Shown one piece after another: positions 9,433 to 19,598 of a stretch of DNA of 45,994 nt. The notes beneath the pieces are model-generated. The model made no database searches, had not been told where the DNA came from, and was given only the letters and a program-made list of their open reading frames with translations. A program made the translations under genes and the position numbers. Within the stretch, counting starts at the first letter, position 1, and the number at the start of each line of letters is the position of its first letter. Location: the sequence record SRR20825019_1479; one strand, written 5' to 3'.

Positions 9433-10953
9433 ATGCCAATCCCCATTGTAAATTCCATCGCATCTTGGTTTTTAAAGAAGCGGTTTCATCAAATAGACCT
9501 TTTTTTAAAGTATCCTATTGAGGTTCAAGAAGAACTCCTTTTTAGCTTAATACAAAAAGCTAAAAACACAGAAATAGGGCGCCAATATGAATTTGGATCT
9601 ATAAAAACATATCGTGAATTTTCAGATAGAGTCCCGGTTACCACATACGAGGAAAACGAAGTACTTATAGAACGTGCGCGCAAGGGAGAAACCAATATTT
9701 TTTGGCCTACACCCATAAAATGGTTTGCAAAATCTAGTGGCACTACCAATGCCAAAAGTAAATTTATTCCTGTAACAATGGACTCTTTAGAAGGTTGCCA
9801 TTATGCTGCGAGTAAAGATTTGCTGTGTATGTACCTTAATAATAACCCACAAGCAAATTTGTTTTTGGGAAAAAGTTTACGCCTTGGCGGAAGCAAACAA
9901 TTATATCAAGAAAACGGGACAGTTTTCGGAGATCTTTCTGCTATTTTGATTGACAATATGCCTTTTTGGGCAGAATATAGTAGCACGCCAAGTAATGAAG
10001 TTTCGCTAATGCCCGATTGGGAAACAAAAATGCAAGCCATTGTAAACGAAACGATAAAAGAAAATGTTACCAGCTTAGCCGGTGTACCTTCATGGATGTT
10101 GGTTTTACTTAATAATGTAATCGAAACCGCGGGAAAAGGGAATCTTTTTGAAGTGTGGCCAAACCTAGAAGTTTATTTTCATGGAGGTGTAAATTTCGAT
10201 CCTTATATTGACCAATACAATAAGCTTCTACCTAAAAGTGATTTTAGATATTACGAAATCTACAATGCTTCAGAAGGATTTTTTGCTATTCAGGACCGAA
10301 ATGATAATAAAGAATTACTATTAATGCTTGATTACGGAATTTTCTATGAATTTATTCCCATGGAAAATTATGGTACAGCTGAAGAAAAAATAATCCCCCT
10401 GAGCGATGTTGAAGAAGGAAAAAACTATGCCGTAATAATTACTACAAATTCTGGGCTTTGGCGCTATAAGATTGGGGATACGGTTCGGTTTACCTCAACA
10501 AATCCGTATCGAATAAAAGTTACTGGACGCACCAAACATCACATCAATGTTTTTGGTGAAGAATTGATTATTGAAAATGCTGAAACTGCACTACGAAAAG
10601 TTTCGCAACTTACAAATACTGAAATTGTAGATTATACCGCGGCACCTGTATTTATGAATGGCAAAGAAAAAGGAGCTCATGAATGGATTATTGAATTTAA
10701 ATCGCCTCCCCAAAACTTAGAAGTTTTTACACAACTTTTAGACTCCGCTTTGCAAGAAGTGAATAGCGATTATGAAGCCAAGAGGTATAACAATACAACC
10801 CTTAATACACCAAAAATTCACTATGCTCGCGAACGTCTATTCTATGATTGGCTCAAAGAAAAAAATAAACTTGGCGGGCAACATAAAGTTCCAAGGCTTT
10901 CAAATACGCGTGATTATCTAGAAGAACTTCTGCACTTAAACCATACTAATTAA
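9433..10953 (+). CDS. GH3 auxin-responsive-promoter family acyl-adenylating enzyme
   Basis: AKSSGTT, YNASEGF, GLWRYKIGD and GGQHKVPRL motifs. Confidence 0.88.
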   Translation: MPIPIVNSIASWFLKKRFHQIDLFLKYPIEVQEELLFSLIQKAKNTEIGRQYEFGSIKTYREFSDRVPVTTYEENEVLIERARKGETNIFWPTPIKWFAKSSGTTNAKSKFIPVTMDSLEGCHYAASKDLLCMYLNNNPQANLFLGKSLRLGGSKQLYQENGTVFGDLSAILIDNMPFWAEYSSTPSNEVSLMPDWETKMQAIVNETIKENVTSLAGVPSWMLVLLNNVIETAGKGNLFEVWPNLEVYFHGGVNFDPYIDQYNKLLPKSDFRYYEIYNASEGFFAIQDRNDNKELLLMLDYGIFYEFIPMENYGTAEEKIIPLSDVEEGKNYAVIITTNSGLWRYKIGDTVRFTSTNPYRIKVTGRTKHHINVFGEELIIENAETALRKVSQLTNTEIVDYTAAPVFMNGKEKGAHEWIIEFKSPPQNLEVFTQLLDSALQEVNSDYEAKRYNNTTLNTPKIHYARERLFYDWLKEKNKLGGQHKVPRLSNTRDYLEELLHLNHTN

Positions 10954-10954
10954 A

Positions 10955-10962
10955 TAATTTTG
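10955..10962 (+). promoter_or_regulatory. -7 promoter element (TAATTTTG) with no downstream protein gene on this strand
   Basis: Matches TAnnTTTG; sits immediately before the first helix of the structured element. Confidence 0.5.
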
Positions 10963-10963
10963 C

Positions 10964-11166
10964 AAGTTTTAGGTATATAAAGAGTTACCTTAAATCGAGA
11001 TTAGACAACACTTTAGCGGCTCTTTTTTTATGAAATTGTATTTCAACGAGTATACCTGTAACTTAAACTAAAACTTTTGTGAGGGTTTTCCTTGCGATGT
11101 ATTTTTGACTTGTAGAGTCCTTAGAATTTCAACATAAAATCTTCGACAAAAAAATAAAGTTTTAGT
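10964..11166 (+). ncRNA. Candidate structured non-coding RNA (three-way junction plus long rod)
   Basis: Nested helices 10964-77/11051-64, 10979-86/11018-25, 11031-36/11040-45, 11067-77/11156-66 and 11078-89/11136-48; G-U pairs favour the + strand. Confidence 0.5.
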
Positions 11167-11199
11167 GGCGATTCCTTAACAACTAACTAATTAATAGCC

Positions 11200-11231
11200 A
11201 AAAAAAACCTCGGAAATTCCGAGGTTTTTTG
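11200..11231. terminator. Bidirectional rho-independent terminator
   Basis: AAAAAACCTCGGA-AAT-TCCGAGGTTTTTT between convergent transcription units. Confidence 0.88.
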
Positions 11232-11250
11232 TTTTTTAAAAGATAGCATT

Positions 11251-12483
11251 TTATGAAACTGCTTTTAATTTTTTAAGAGTAGATTTATTCAATTTATCTT
11301 CAGCATATTCCTTAGTAACATGAACTATCTTCTCATCACTTCCAGGCATTTCATACATGGCATCTGTAAGCACAGCTTCACAAAGGGAACGTAAACCACG
11401 TGCACCAAGTTTGTACTCAATGGCTTGTTCTACAATAAAATCTAATGCTTCTTCAGTCACTACAAAATCAATTTCATCCATTTCAAACAGTTTTTTGTAC
11501 TGTTTTATAATAGCGTTTTTAGGCTCTGTTAGTATGGCGCGAAGCGTTTCTTTATCTAACGGATTCATATACGTTAACACCGGAAGTCGACCAATAATCT
11601 CTGGAATCAATCCGAAATCTTTTAAATCTTTCGGGATAATATATCGGAGCATATTATCTTTTTCCATTTCGTTTTCTTTCACTGAAGCAGTAAAACCAAC
11701 CGCTTGCATATTCAATCGTTTTGAAATATGACGCTCAATACCATCAAAAGCACCCCCAGCAATAAAAAGAATGTTTTCGGTATTTACTTCAATAAACTTT
11801 TGATCTGGATGTTTTCTACCTCCTTTTGGAGGAACGTTTACCGTTGTCCCTTCCAATAGTTTCAATAAAGCCTGCTGCACTCCTTCTCCACTTACATCTC
11901 GTGTAATTGAAGGGTTATCGCTTTTACGTGCAATTTTATCAATCTCGTCAATAAAAACGATTCCGTTTTCAGCTTTTTCAAGATTATAATCTGCGGCTTG
12001 TAATAAACGAGTTAAAATACTTTCCACATCTTCCCCAACATATCCTGCTTCTGTTAAAACTGTTGCATCAACAATTGCCAATGGAACATTTAGCATTCTA
12101 GCAATGGTTTTAGCGATTAATGTTTTTCCAGTTCCAGTTTGCCCAACGATAATAATATTACTTTTTTGTATTTCAATATCGTCATCGCTTTTTGGCTGAA
12201 GTAAACGTTTGTAGTGATTATAAACCGCCACAGACATTACTTTTTTGGTAAATTCTTGCCCAATTACATATTCATCAAGAAATGTTTTAATGAGTTTGGG
12301 TTTTTTTAGCATAAGGTCGTTTGTTAATTCCGTATTGCCTGCATGCAATGCTTCTTCAACAACAATTCCATGTGCCTGTTCAATACAGCGGTCGCAAATA
12401 TGGGCGTCCAATCCTGCTATAAGCAAGCTGGTTTCTACCTTTTTACGTCCACAAAAGGAACATTCTAAATCTTCTTTCGACAT
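11251..12483 (-). CDS. clpX: ATP-dependent Clp protease ATP-binding subunit ClpX
   Basis: CSFC..CDRC zinc finger, GQTGTGKT Walker A, FIDEIDK, GARGLR; ATG at 12483 preferred over TTG at 12498. Confidence 0.97.
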   Translation of the reverse strand: MSKEDLECSFCGRKKVETSLLIAGLDAHICDRCIEQAHGIVVEEALHAGNTELTNDLMLKKPKLIKTFLDEYVIGQEFTKKVMSVAVYNHYKRLLQPKSDDDIEIQKSNIIIVGQTGTGKTLIAKTIARMLNVPLAIVDATVLTEAGYVGEDVESILTRLLQAADYNLEKAENGIVFIDEIDKIARKSDNPSITRDVSGEGVQQALLKLLEGTTVNVPPKGGRKHPDQKFIEVNTENILFIAGGAFDGIERHISKRLNMQAVGFTASVKENEMEKDNMLRYIIPKDLKDFGLIPEIIGRLPVLTYMNPLDKETLRAILTEPKNAIIKQYKKLFEMDEIDFVVTEEALDFIVEQAIEYKLGARGLRSLCEAVLTDAMYEMPGSDEKIVHVTKEYAEDKLNKSTLKKLKAVS

Positions 12484-12509
12484 ATTATCTTTTTTCAAAA
12501 AATCTAAGT

Positions 12510-13184
12510 TTAGCTTCGTGTCAATATTTCATCTATCATTCCGTATTCTAAAGCTCTGTCTGCTTTCATCCAATAATCACGATCGCTATCTTCGTAAACC
12601 TTTTCGTAGGTTTGACCACTGTGTTTTGAAATAATTTTATAAAGTTCTTCTTTTAAAGTAATAATTTCACGTGCAGTAATTTCAATATCGCTTGCTTGTC
12701 CTTGTGCGCCGCCTAAAGGTTGGTGAATCATAACACGAGAATGTGTTAAACCACTACGTTTTCCTTTTTCGCCAGCACAAAGTAATACTGCTGCCATTGA
12801 AGCCGCCATTCCTGTACAAATAGTTGCAACATCCGGTTTAATAAATTGCATGGTATCATAAATTCCTAATCCTGCGTAGACGCTTCCACCAGGAGAGTTT
12901 ATATAAATCTGAATGTCACGCGTAGCATCAGTACTCGCTAAAAATAGTAATTGCGCTTGTACAATATTTGCCACTTGGTCGTTAATTCCTGTACCAAGGA
13001 AAATAATTCGATCCATCATTAATCGTGAAAAAACGTCCATTGCCACGGCATTCATTTGGCGTTCTTCAATAATATTTGGTGTCAAGTTTGTTGGATACAT
13101 ACTGCTTATGATTTTATCATAATACATATCGTTAATCCCTTGATCTTTTATAGCAAATTTTCTAAATTCGTTACTGTAGTTCAT
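12510..13184 (-). CDS. clpP: Clp protease proteolytic subunit
   Basis: YINSPGG, GMAASM, MIHQP and DRDYW catalytic motifs. Confidence 0.97.
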   Translation of the reverse strand: MNYSNEFRKFAIKDQGINDMYYDKIISSMYPTNLTPNIIEERQMNAVAMDVFSRLMMDRIIFLGTGINDQVANIVQAQLLFLASTDATRDIQIYINSPGGSVYAGLGIYDTMQFIKPDVATICTGMAASMAAVLLCAGEKGKRSGLTHSRVMIHQPLGGAQGQASDIEITAREIITLKEELYKIISKHSGQTYEKVYEDSDRDYWMKADRALEYGMIDEILTRS

Positions 13185-13238
13185 AAATGTTTGTTCGTTT
13201 TAAAAATATACTTTCCTGAACAGGAAAAGGTTTAAATC

Positions 13239-13270
13239 AAAAAGGCGTTAAATTATATAATTCAACGCCT
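13239..13270 (-). terminator. Intrinsic terminator-like hairpin between tig and clpP
   Basis: Minus strand AGGCGTTGAATTATATAATTTAACGCC followed by TTTTT. Confidence 0.6.
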
Positions 13271-13294
13271 AAAGATAACTATTTCTTCGCTGAA

Positions 13295-14614
13295 TTATGC
13301 GTAGGCTTCCTTAATGAATTTATCGTAAGTAACCTCTTTAGTCTTCAGTTTTGCGTTTTCCTTAAAATAAGTAAGCAATTTATTAGTGTTCAACTGCTCA
13401 CTTAAACGTTTCACTTCTTCTTGGTTTGAAAGAATACGTGCCGAGATAGACTCCAACTCCTCATCGGAAGGGTTTGTTTGTCCAAACTGAGCCATTTGTG
13501 TTTTAACCATATTTTTTGAATAGTCTTTTAACTCGTCAAAAGAAACTTGTAGGTTATTGTCTGCACGAAGTTTTCCTTCTATCAATTGATAGCGAAGTCC
13601 TTTTTCACTTCTTTCATATTCTTCTTTTGCTTCTTCTTCTGAAAGTCTTTTTTCGCCTGTCATTGCAATCCAACGCTCTAAAAACTCCTTTGGAAGATCA
13701 AATTTTGTGTTTTCAATTAACGAATCCACAACATCATTCAATAACTTCTGGTCGCTTTGCTGTGCAAATTGCCCTTCAGCATCTTCTTTTATTTTAGCTT
13801 TTAATTCTTCTTCCGAAGTAACTACTGCCTCTCCAAATAATTTGTCGAATAACTCTTGGTTTAACTCAGCCATTTCGCGTTTGTTTACTTCATCGATGCT
13901 TAAAGAAACATCAATATCCAACCCATGAGCATCATCGTGGTCTACACCCAAATATTTTTGGTTGTCATGATCATCAGCAAACATTCCCTTTGTTTTTAAG
14001 GTTACTGTATCACCAACTTTTGCTCCAAGCAAGCTACTTAACTGTTTTTTCCCTTTTATTTCGTCTAAAGAAATAGTAGTTTTCTTTTCAATATTCTTTT
14101 CTGAAGCTGTAAAGGTGCCGGTAATTTCATCACCAGCTTCCACTTCATTTTTAGAAATCAATTTTCCGTATTGCTTTCTGATGGTTTTTACTTGATTGTT
14201 TAGCATTTCCTCATCAGCTACAATTTTATATTGTGTAACCGCTTTTGCTTTTACATCAACATCAAATTGTGGGGAAAGACCTAATTCAAATTCAAATGAA
14301 AAATCATCTGCATCCCAATTTATTTCTGTTTCATTCTTTGGAAGTGGATTTCCAAGTACATCCAATTTTTCTTCGTTTAAGAATTTGTGAAGTGCATCTT
14401 GCAAAAGTTTGTTCACTTCTTCAACCAAGACAGCTTTTCCGTATTGTTTTTTTACCATTCCCATTGGTACGTGTCCTTTTCGGAAACCTGGAATGTTTGC
14501 ATTTTTGCGGTAGTCGCTCAATACTTTTTCAACGTTGGCTGCGTAATCGTCTTTTGATATTTCCACTGTTACCACAGCGTTCAATTTATCAATGTCTTTT
14601 TTTGTAATGTTCAT
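13295..14614 (-). CDS. tig: Trigger factor
   Basis: IPGFRKGHVP signature; upstream of clpPX. Start placed at MNITKK (14614) because a TATTTTTG -7 element lies at 14640-14647. Confidence 0.95.
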   Translation of the reverse strand: MNITKKDIDKLNAVVTVEISKDDYAANVEKVLSDYRKNANIPGFRKGHVPMGMVKKQYGKAVLVEEVNKLLQDALHKFLNEEKLDVLGNPLPKNETEINWDADDFSFEFELGLSPQFDVDVKAKAVTQYKIVADEEMLNNQVKTIRKQYGKLISKNEVEAGDEITGTFTASEKNIEKKTTISLDEIKGKKQLSSLLGAKVGDTVTLKTKGMFADDHDNQKYLGVDHDDAHGLDIDVSLSIDEVNKREMAELNQELFDKLFGEAVVTSEEELKAKIKEDAEGQFAQQSDQKLLNDVVDSLIENTKFDLPKEFLERWIAMTGEKRLSEEEAKEEYERSEKGLRYQLIEGKLRADNNLQVSFDELKDYSKNMVKTQMAQFGQTNPSDEELESISARILSNQEEVKRLSEQLNTNKLLTYFKENAKLKTKEVTYDKFIKEAYA

Positions 14615-14699
14615 TTTTTCTCTTCTGAATTTCGGGATGCAAAAATACGTCTTTTTGAATAACCCAACAAACATTTACAAACTGTTGTTCAGTCAATTA

Positions 14700-15041
14700 T
14701 TAATCTTCTTTTAAAAGTGAAAAAAGTATGGATTGAAAAAGCGACAATAACAAACTAAAAAGAAGCGCCCACCATATAGAAGTTACTGAAAAACCACCAA
14801 CAAAATAATCAGCCATTAAAATAATAAGTGCATTGATTATTAAAAGAAAAAGCCCGAGGGTTACAATGGTTATTGGCAAGGTTAACACTACTAAAATTGG
14901 CCTTACAATCAACCGCAATAACGCAATAACAATAGCAACAATAACTGCCGAGCCATAGCCTTCAACCGCTACGCCTGGTAATATTTTTGATAATACTACA
15001 ACCGCCAAAGCAGTTAGTAATAGTTTAATGATTAGTTTCAT
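14700..15041 (-). CDS. 4-TM membrane protein, YvlD/'phage holin family 4'-like
   Basis: IVRPILVVLTLPITIVTLGLFLLIINA motif. ATG at 15041 preferred because the upstream GTG lies inside a terminator. Confidence 0.85.
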   Translation of the reverse strand: MKLIIKLLLTALAVVVLSKILPGVAVEGYGSAVIVAIVIALLRLIVRPILVVLTLPITIVTLGLFLLIINALIILMADYFVGGFSVTSIWWALLFSLLLSLFQSILFSLLKED

Positions 15042-15077
15042 AAGTATAAAGATTTGGTTTTTAAGAATATTAAAGAT

Positions 15078-15108
15078 AAAAAAAACCGTCCTCACTAAAG
15101 GACGGTTT
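15078..15108 (-). terminator. Rho-independent terminator after the GDSL lipoprotein gene
   Basis: AAACCGTCCT/AGGACGGTTT 10-bp stem with a U-tract on the minus strand. Confidence 0.8.
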
Positions 15109-15133
15109 AAAATAAATTTATGAATTCTAGGAA

Positions 15134-16666
15134 TTAATTATTCGTAGTCATTATGGTCCCATAATTACCAATGTGAACCATTGGGATGGTTGCATCATAC
15201 GTTTGGTTAATAGCTTGAATAATTAAGTTTGCAGTATACGCATACCCTCTTGGTGTTGGGTGAACGCCATCTAAAGAAAAAGCACCACCAGTTACAAATT
15301 GTGAACTAAGAATGCCTCCTTCAAAAGAAATGCCACCATTTGCAACTCTTGCCAATGCTGTTTTAGCATCTACATATGCCAATCCTTTTGCAGCAGCAAG
15401 TGCTTCTATTGTAGCATTATATGCTGTACTTGCAGCAGTAATTCTCTCTTGTTCAGAAACAGCCAATACAAATTGATCACTCAAAGGAATACTCACACCA
15501 ACCACACCTTGTGGGTTACTTGGGTCTGGAGTAGAACCTAAAACTGAAGAAGCCGTTAAAACAATAAGATCATTCGCTTTTACTTGGCGTAATTGGCCTA
15601 ATAAAGTAGCTAGTGGAGCTGGAAGATTAAACGGAGGTCCTTGCAAAATTGCCGTTAGATCTGTAAGATCATCGTCTGTCATTATCGGAAAATTTTGACC
15701 TGCAGAAAAGTTTATCATTCGTAAAGCAGCTTCATCCGCAGATATTACTGAATTAGCAACTAAACCAGGTAAAATCTGTGAATTATAGGCTGCAAATTGA
15801 GCATTAAGAGCTCCTGCGGTAGCCGCATCTAAAGGAATAGCATTTGTTGGAACTGTTGTAAAGTAAGGAATTGAAGTTACTTCAGGAATATTAATTAAAA
15901 CACCTTTAGCGCCACCTGCTGTTAAAGCGTCAACTTGCTGGCTGTAAACAGATGCAAAAACATTAGGATCTGTTATGTCATTTCCGCCATAGGTAGATGG
16001 GTCTAAATTTCCTGTTTGGTCAACTCCAGAACCACCCGAAGTTGCATAACCCAAAATATCGTTATTCCCAATCCAAAGGCTGAAAAATGTTGCATTTTGT
16101 GAAGCTGCATCTGCTATTACAGTTGCATTTTCAGTACTTGCGAAACGTGCGAAATATGGATTTGAAGCACCAACAGGAACACCTGCTGCATTACCGTAGC
16201 CAGGAGCTACTAAATGAAAGCTTTTTGCCCCAGGAACTCCCATGTTATTGAAAGGTCCAGATAATTTGTTTGTAATTTCTGTCGTTGGATTACCTTCCAA
16301 ACGAACTGGGCCTGGACTTCCATCAGCACCTACTGCTAAAACAAATCTGTTTTCAGTAAGTTGTGTACCATTATATAATAATCCACCAACATTATCATTC
16401 ATTAATGGTTGTGAAAATTCACCTCCACCAACAAATGCAAATTGCTCTGCCATAATATTTGGATAGCTATTTTCTTGACCTGTAATGTAAAGTGCGCCAT
16501 CAGCATATCCAGCTGTTAGTGAGTTTCCGACAGCAACATATTTAGAAAGGTTTGCTGTTCCGCTGCTGTAAAATCCATCATCAGTTACAGGGCTATCAAA
16601 TTCTGGATCACAACTTGTAAGACCTACGGCCAAAACTACGAATGTATATTTAAGTATGTTTTTCAT
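15134..16666 (-). CDS. SGNH/GDSL-family lipolytic lipoprotein
   Basis: Lipobox LTSC, AVGNSLTAG (block I), WIGNND, SLDGVHPT. Confidence 0.85.
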   Translation of the reverse strand: MKNILKYTFVVLAVGLTSCDPEFDSPVTDDGFYSSGTANLSKYVAVGNSLTAGYADGALYITGQENSYPNIMAEQFAFVGGGEFSQPLMNDNVGGLLYNGTQLTENRFVLAVGADGSPGPVRLEGNPTTEITNKLSGPFNNMGVPGAKSFHLVAPGYGNAAGVPVGASNPYFARFASTENATVIADAASQNATFFSLWIGNNDILGYATSGGSGVDQTGNLDPSTYGGNDITDPNVFASVYSQQVDALTAGGAKGVLINIPEVTSIPYFTTVPTNAIPLDAATAGALNAQFAAYNSQILPGLVANSVISADEAALRMINFSAGQNFPIMTDDDLTDLTAILQGPPFNLPAPLATLLGQLRQVKANDLIVLTASSVLGSTPDPSNPQGVVGVSIPLSDQFVLAVSEQERITAASTAYNATIEALAAAKGLAYVDAKTALARVANGGISFEGGILSSQFVTGGAFSLDGVHPTPRGYAYTANLIIQAINQTYDATIPMVHIGNYGTIMTTNN

Positions 16667-16685
16667 CTTTTCTGAATTTTTTCAA

Positions 16686-17936
16686 TTAAAGTTTATAAGT
16701 AAGCCCCAATCCTGGTACAAAAGCATTGGTTTTATAAGTTCCTCTAAAAGGAGCTGCAACACCACTTTCAAGGTAATAATTGTACGACGCATTTACTTCC
16801 TTAAAGTGTGAATAAAGGAAAGAAGCATCAATTTGCAAACGCTCACCAAGGTTCACAGTTAAACCTGCAGTAAAATTATTGCTGTCATTACGAGGCGTTT
16901 CTGGCGCAAAGTATCCATCTTGAACTGGAGATTCATCAAAGTAATATCCTGCTCTTAAAGTAAACATTTTAGTCGCATCATATTGCATTCCGAAGCGATA
17001 CACAGATGCGTTTTTATAATTACGTTTGTTAAAAGAATCTGGAATTGCAGGGTCTGCAAAATCGATATCTAAAGATTCGTAAACACCCCAGAACGTTCTG
17101 TTGAAATCAAATGCGAAAGTCCATTTTTCACAAAAATCGTAAGACATCCCAACGGTCATTTCTGCAGGCAAAGGCATCGCTGCATCAAAGGTTGTATTGC
17201 TAAACGGCGTTAATGGAGAATTTGGAATGTTTTCGAATGTTGCATCTCCTTCTTCAGCTTCAAGTGTAATTTCAGAACGGTAGGTTGCTCCAATACGTAA
17301 TTTATCGGTAGGGTTAAACATAGCACTTGCTACCCAACCCCAGCTATTTACACCAGAAGCATCAACAGTAACTTCTGAACGGTTTCCTTCAAGATCTGTA
17401 AGCGTACGGTTTAAGTTTCTATTGAATTCAACAGAACCCGTAACATATATTGGGCCACCACCAAAGCTTAATTTATCATTAACCTTGAATGAAACTGTTG
17501 GCTGAATATAGATTGCTTTTAAATCAATAAAATTCACCAAATGAGATCCTTCCCAGTCATCTTCATACCTCACTTCACTTCCATAAGGCGTGTAAACTCC
17601 AAGACCAAACGCCAACCAATCTGTTGCTTTGTAAGAAGCATATAAGTAAAGAGGCGTACCTACAGGGCTGTCAGATTGAGCATTTGCTCCGCTTGCTGTA
17701 TCTTGGTATGCTATATTTGAAAACACAGCACTTGCACCTACAGAGATATTAAATTTATCATCCAAGTACACCAATCCTGCGGGGTTAAAAAACACCAATT
17801 CGCTACTGTTTACAACCGCAACACCTGTGTGGCCCATCGCTAAGGATTTATTACCTTGCAAACTTACCCGGTAACCACCAGCATAAGTAACCGCGCTTGC
17901 AAGTGCAAAAACGGCAAGTATTAATACTTTCTTCAT
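16686..17936 (-). CDS. OmpP1/FadL-family outer-membrane hydrophobic-compound channel
   Basis: Signal peptide, N-terminal hatch GGYRV..LAMG, FFNPAG, YTPYGS, beta-barrel pattern. Confidence 0.85.
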   Translation of the reverse strand: MKKVLILAVFALASAVTYAGGYRVSLQGNKSLAMGHTGVAVVNSSELVFFNPAGLVYLDDKFNISVGASAVFSNIAYQDTASGANAQSDSPVGTPLYLYASYKATDWLAFGLGVYTPYGSEVRYEDDWEGSHLVNFIDLKAIYIQPTVSFKVNDKLSFGGGPIYVTGSVEFNRNLNRTLTDLEGNRSEVTVDASGVNSWGWVASAMFNPTDKLRIGATYRSEITLEAEEGDATFENIPNSPLTPFSNTTFDAAMPLPAEMTVGMSYDFCEKWTFAFDFNRTFWGVYESLDIDFADPAIPDSFNKRNYKNASVYRFGMQYDATKMFTLRAGYYFDESPVQDGYFAPETPRNDSNNFTAGLTVNLGERLQIDASFLYSHFKEVNASYNYYLESGVAAPFRGTYKTNAFVPGLGLTYKL

Positions 17937-18004
17937 AATCGTTTATTTCTTTAGAGTTAATTTAATTGGGTTATATTATTAATGAGTTAAATTTTTGAAA
18001 TTTA

Positions 18005-18018
18005 TTATGCACGCATAA
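18005..18018. promoter_or_regulatory. Palindromic operator candidate upstream of the FadL-GDSL genes
   Basis: TTATGC-AC-GCATAA, about 70 nt upstream of the FadL start. Confidence 0.5.
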
Positions 18019-18035
18019 GAAACCTTCTTACAATA

Positions 18036-18797
18036 TTATAAAAAAATCATAACATTTTCATAAAATTCGTCAGGATTTTCTGCGTGAAGCCAATGTCCAG
18101 CTTTTGAAATTGTCTCAATTTTAGCTTTAGGAAACTGTTTTTTTATTAAAATTTCATCCAATGGTTCAATATATCCGCTTTTTTCACCGCCTAGAAAAAG
18201 TGTATCCCCCTCAAAAAGAGCATCTGTAGGAAGAGCCGCACCTATTTCTTCAATTTTTTCTGTAAGAATTGGTAAATTAATCCGAAGTGCTAATTCCGTT
18301 TTACTTTTTCTATAAAGATTTTTTAGAAGAAATAATTTTGTTCCTTCATCTTTTATGTATTCGGAAAGAATAGTTTCTGCTTCACCTCTTGATTTTATAG
18401 TAGAAAAATCTAATTGCGAAAGCGCTTTCAAAATATCTTGATGATGTGCTGGGTACGCCTTAGGGCCAATATCTGCTATTATTAACTTAGAAACCATTTC
18501 AGGATAGGTAACCGCAAATTGCATTGCTACTTTTCCGCCCATGGAATGACCGAGTAAAATTAGCTCCTTTAAATCGTGCTTTTCACAGTAGTTTTTTAAA
18601 TCTTTCGCCATTATTTCATATGAAAATGCATCACTATGAAAACTTCGCCCGTGGTTACGTTGATCTAAAAGATGCACTTCATAGCCAGCTTCAGACCAGC
18701 GTGTGCCAAGAGTTTTCCAGTTATCGCTCATGCCAAGAAAACCATGAAGGATTACAAATGGCTTTCCTTCACCAAGTATTTGTGAATGTAAAATCAT
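18036..18797 (-). CDS. Alpha/beta hydrolase (YbfF/ABHD11-like esterase)
   Basis: LHGFLG, DQRNHGRS, GHSMGG, AGHWLHAE. Confidence 0.88.
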   Translation of the reverse strand: MILHSQILGEGKPFVILHGFLGMSDNWKTLGTRWSEAGYEVHLLDQRNHGRSFHSDAFSYEIMAKDLKNYCEKHDLKELILLGHSMGGKVAMQFAVTYPEMVSKLIIADIGPKAYPAHHQDILKALSQLDFSTIKSRGEAETILSEYIKDEGTKLFLLKNLYRKSKTELALRINLPILTEKIEEIGAALPTDALFEGDTLFLGGEKSGYIEPLDEILIKKQFPKAKIETISKAGHWLHAENPDEFYENVMIFL

Positions 18798-19510
18798 CAG
18801 CTAAGTTTTTTTAAATATTCTGAAATGACTTTTTCCAATCCATCATAAAGCGCTTCACAAATAAGGGCGTGCCCGATGCTTACTTCTAAAAGATTGGGGA
18901 TGTTTTCTTTAAAAAACTGGATGTTCTCTAAGGAAAGGTCATGCCCTGCATTTATGCCTAAATTCAATTTATTGGCTAAAATAGCACATTCCGTATAAGG
19001 TTTTATAGCTTCTTTATTTCCCAAGGAATATTGTTTGGCAAAAGCTTCTGTATAAAGCTCAATACGATCTGTACCAGTTTCGGCGGCGCCTTCAATCATT
19101 TTTAAGGTAGGGTCTACAAAGATAGAAGTGCGAATTCCGTTTCGTTTAAATTCAGAAATCATTTCTTTTAAATAAGCTTTGTGTTTTATAGTATCCCAAC
19201 CAGCGTTTGATGTTATTGCATCTACAGCATCTGGCACGAGTGTAACTTGAGTGGGTTTAATCTCCAAAACCATCTTTGTAAAATCGTCCATCGGGTTTCC
19301 TTCAATATTATATTCTGTGGAAACAACAGCCTTTAAATTGTATGCATCTTGATACCGAATATGGCGCTCATCTGGTCGGGGATGGATTGTAATTCCCTGT
19401 GCGCCAAATTTTTCAATGTCTCTTGCTACATTTAGTAAGTTTGGCACATTACCCCCACGTGCATTGCGCAACGTGGCTATTTTGTTTATGTTTACGCTTA
19501 ACTTTGTCAT
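18797..19510 (-). CDS. pdxJ: Pyridoxine 5'-phosphate synthase
   Basis: LSVNINKIATLRNAR, HPRPDERHI, NAGHDL, SIGHALI; TATTTTTG -7 element at 19530-19537. Confidence 0.96.
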   Translation of the reverse strand: MTKLSVNINKIATLRNARGGNVPNLLNVARDIEKFGAQGITIHPRPDERHIRYQDAYNLKAVVSTEYNIEGNPMDDFTKMVLEIKPTQVTLVPDAVDAITSNAGWDTIKHKAYLKEMISEFKRNGIRTSIFVDPTLKMIEGAAETGTDRIELYTEAFAKQYSLGNKEAIKPYTECAILANKLNLGINAGHDLSLENIQFFKENIPNLLEVSIGHALICEALYDGLEKVISEYLKKLS

Positions 19511-19598
19511 TTCTTTGTGTTATAATTAACAAAAATACAAAGCTTACTGCGCTTTGTGAATCTTTATTTTAAGTAATTTGCATTAAAAATAATTTCTG

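Noticed and set aside
14700..15041. 'Phage holin' as evidence of a prophage
   Set aside because: This YvlD-type membrane family is widespread in core genomes, and there is no integrase, endolysin or structural gene nearby.
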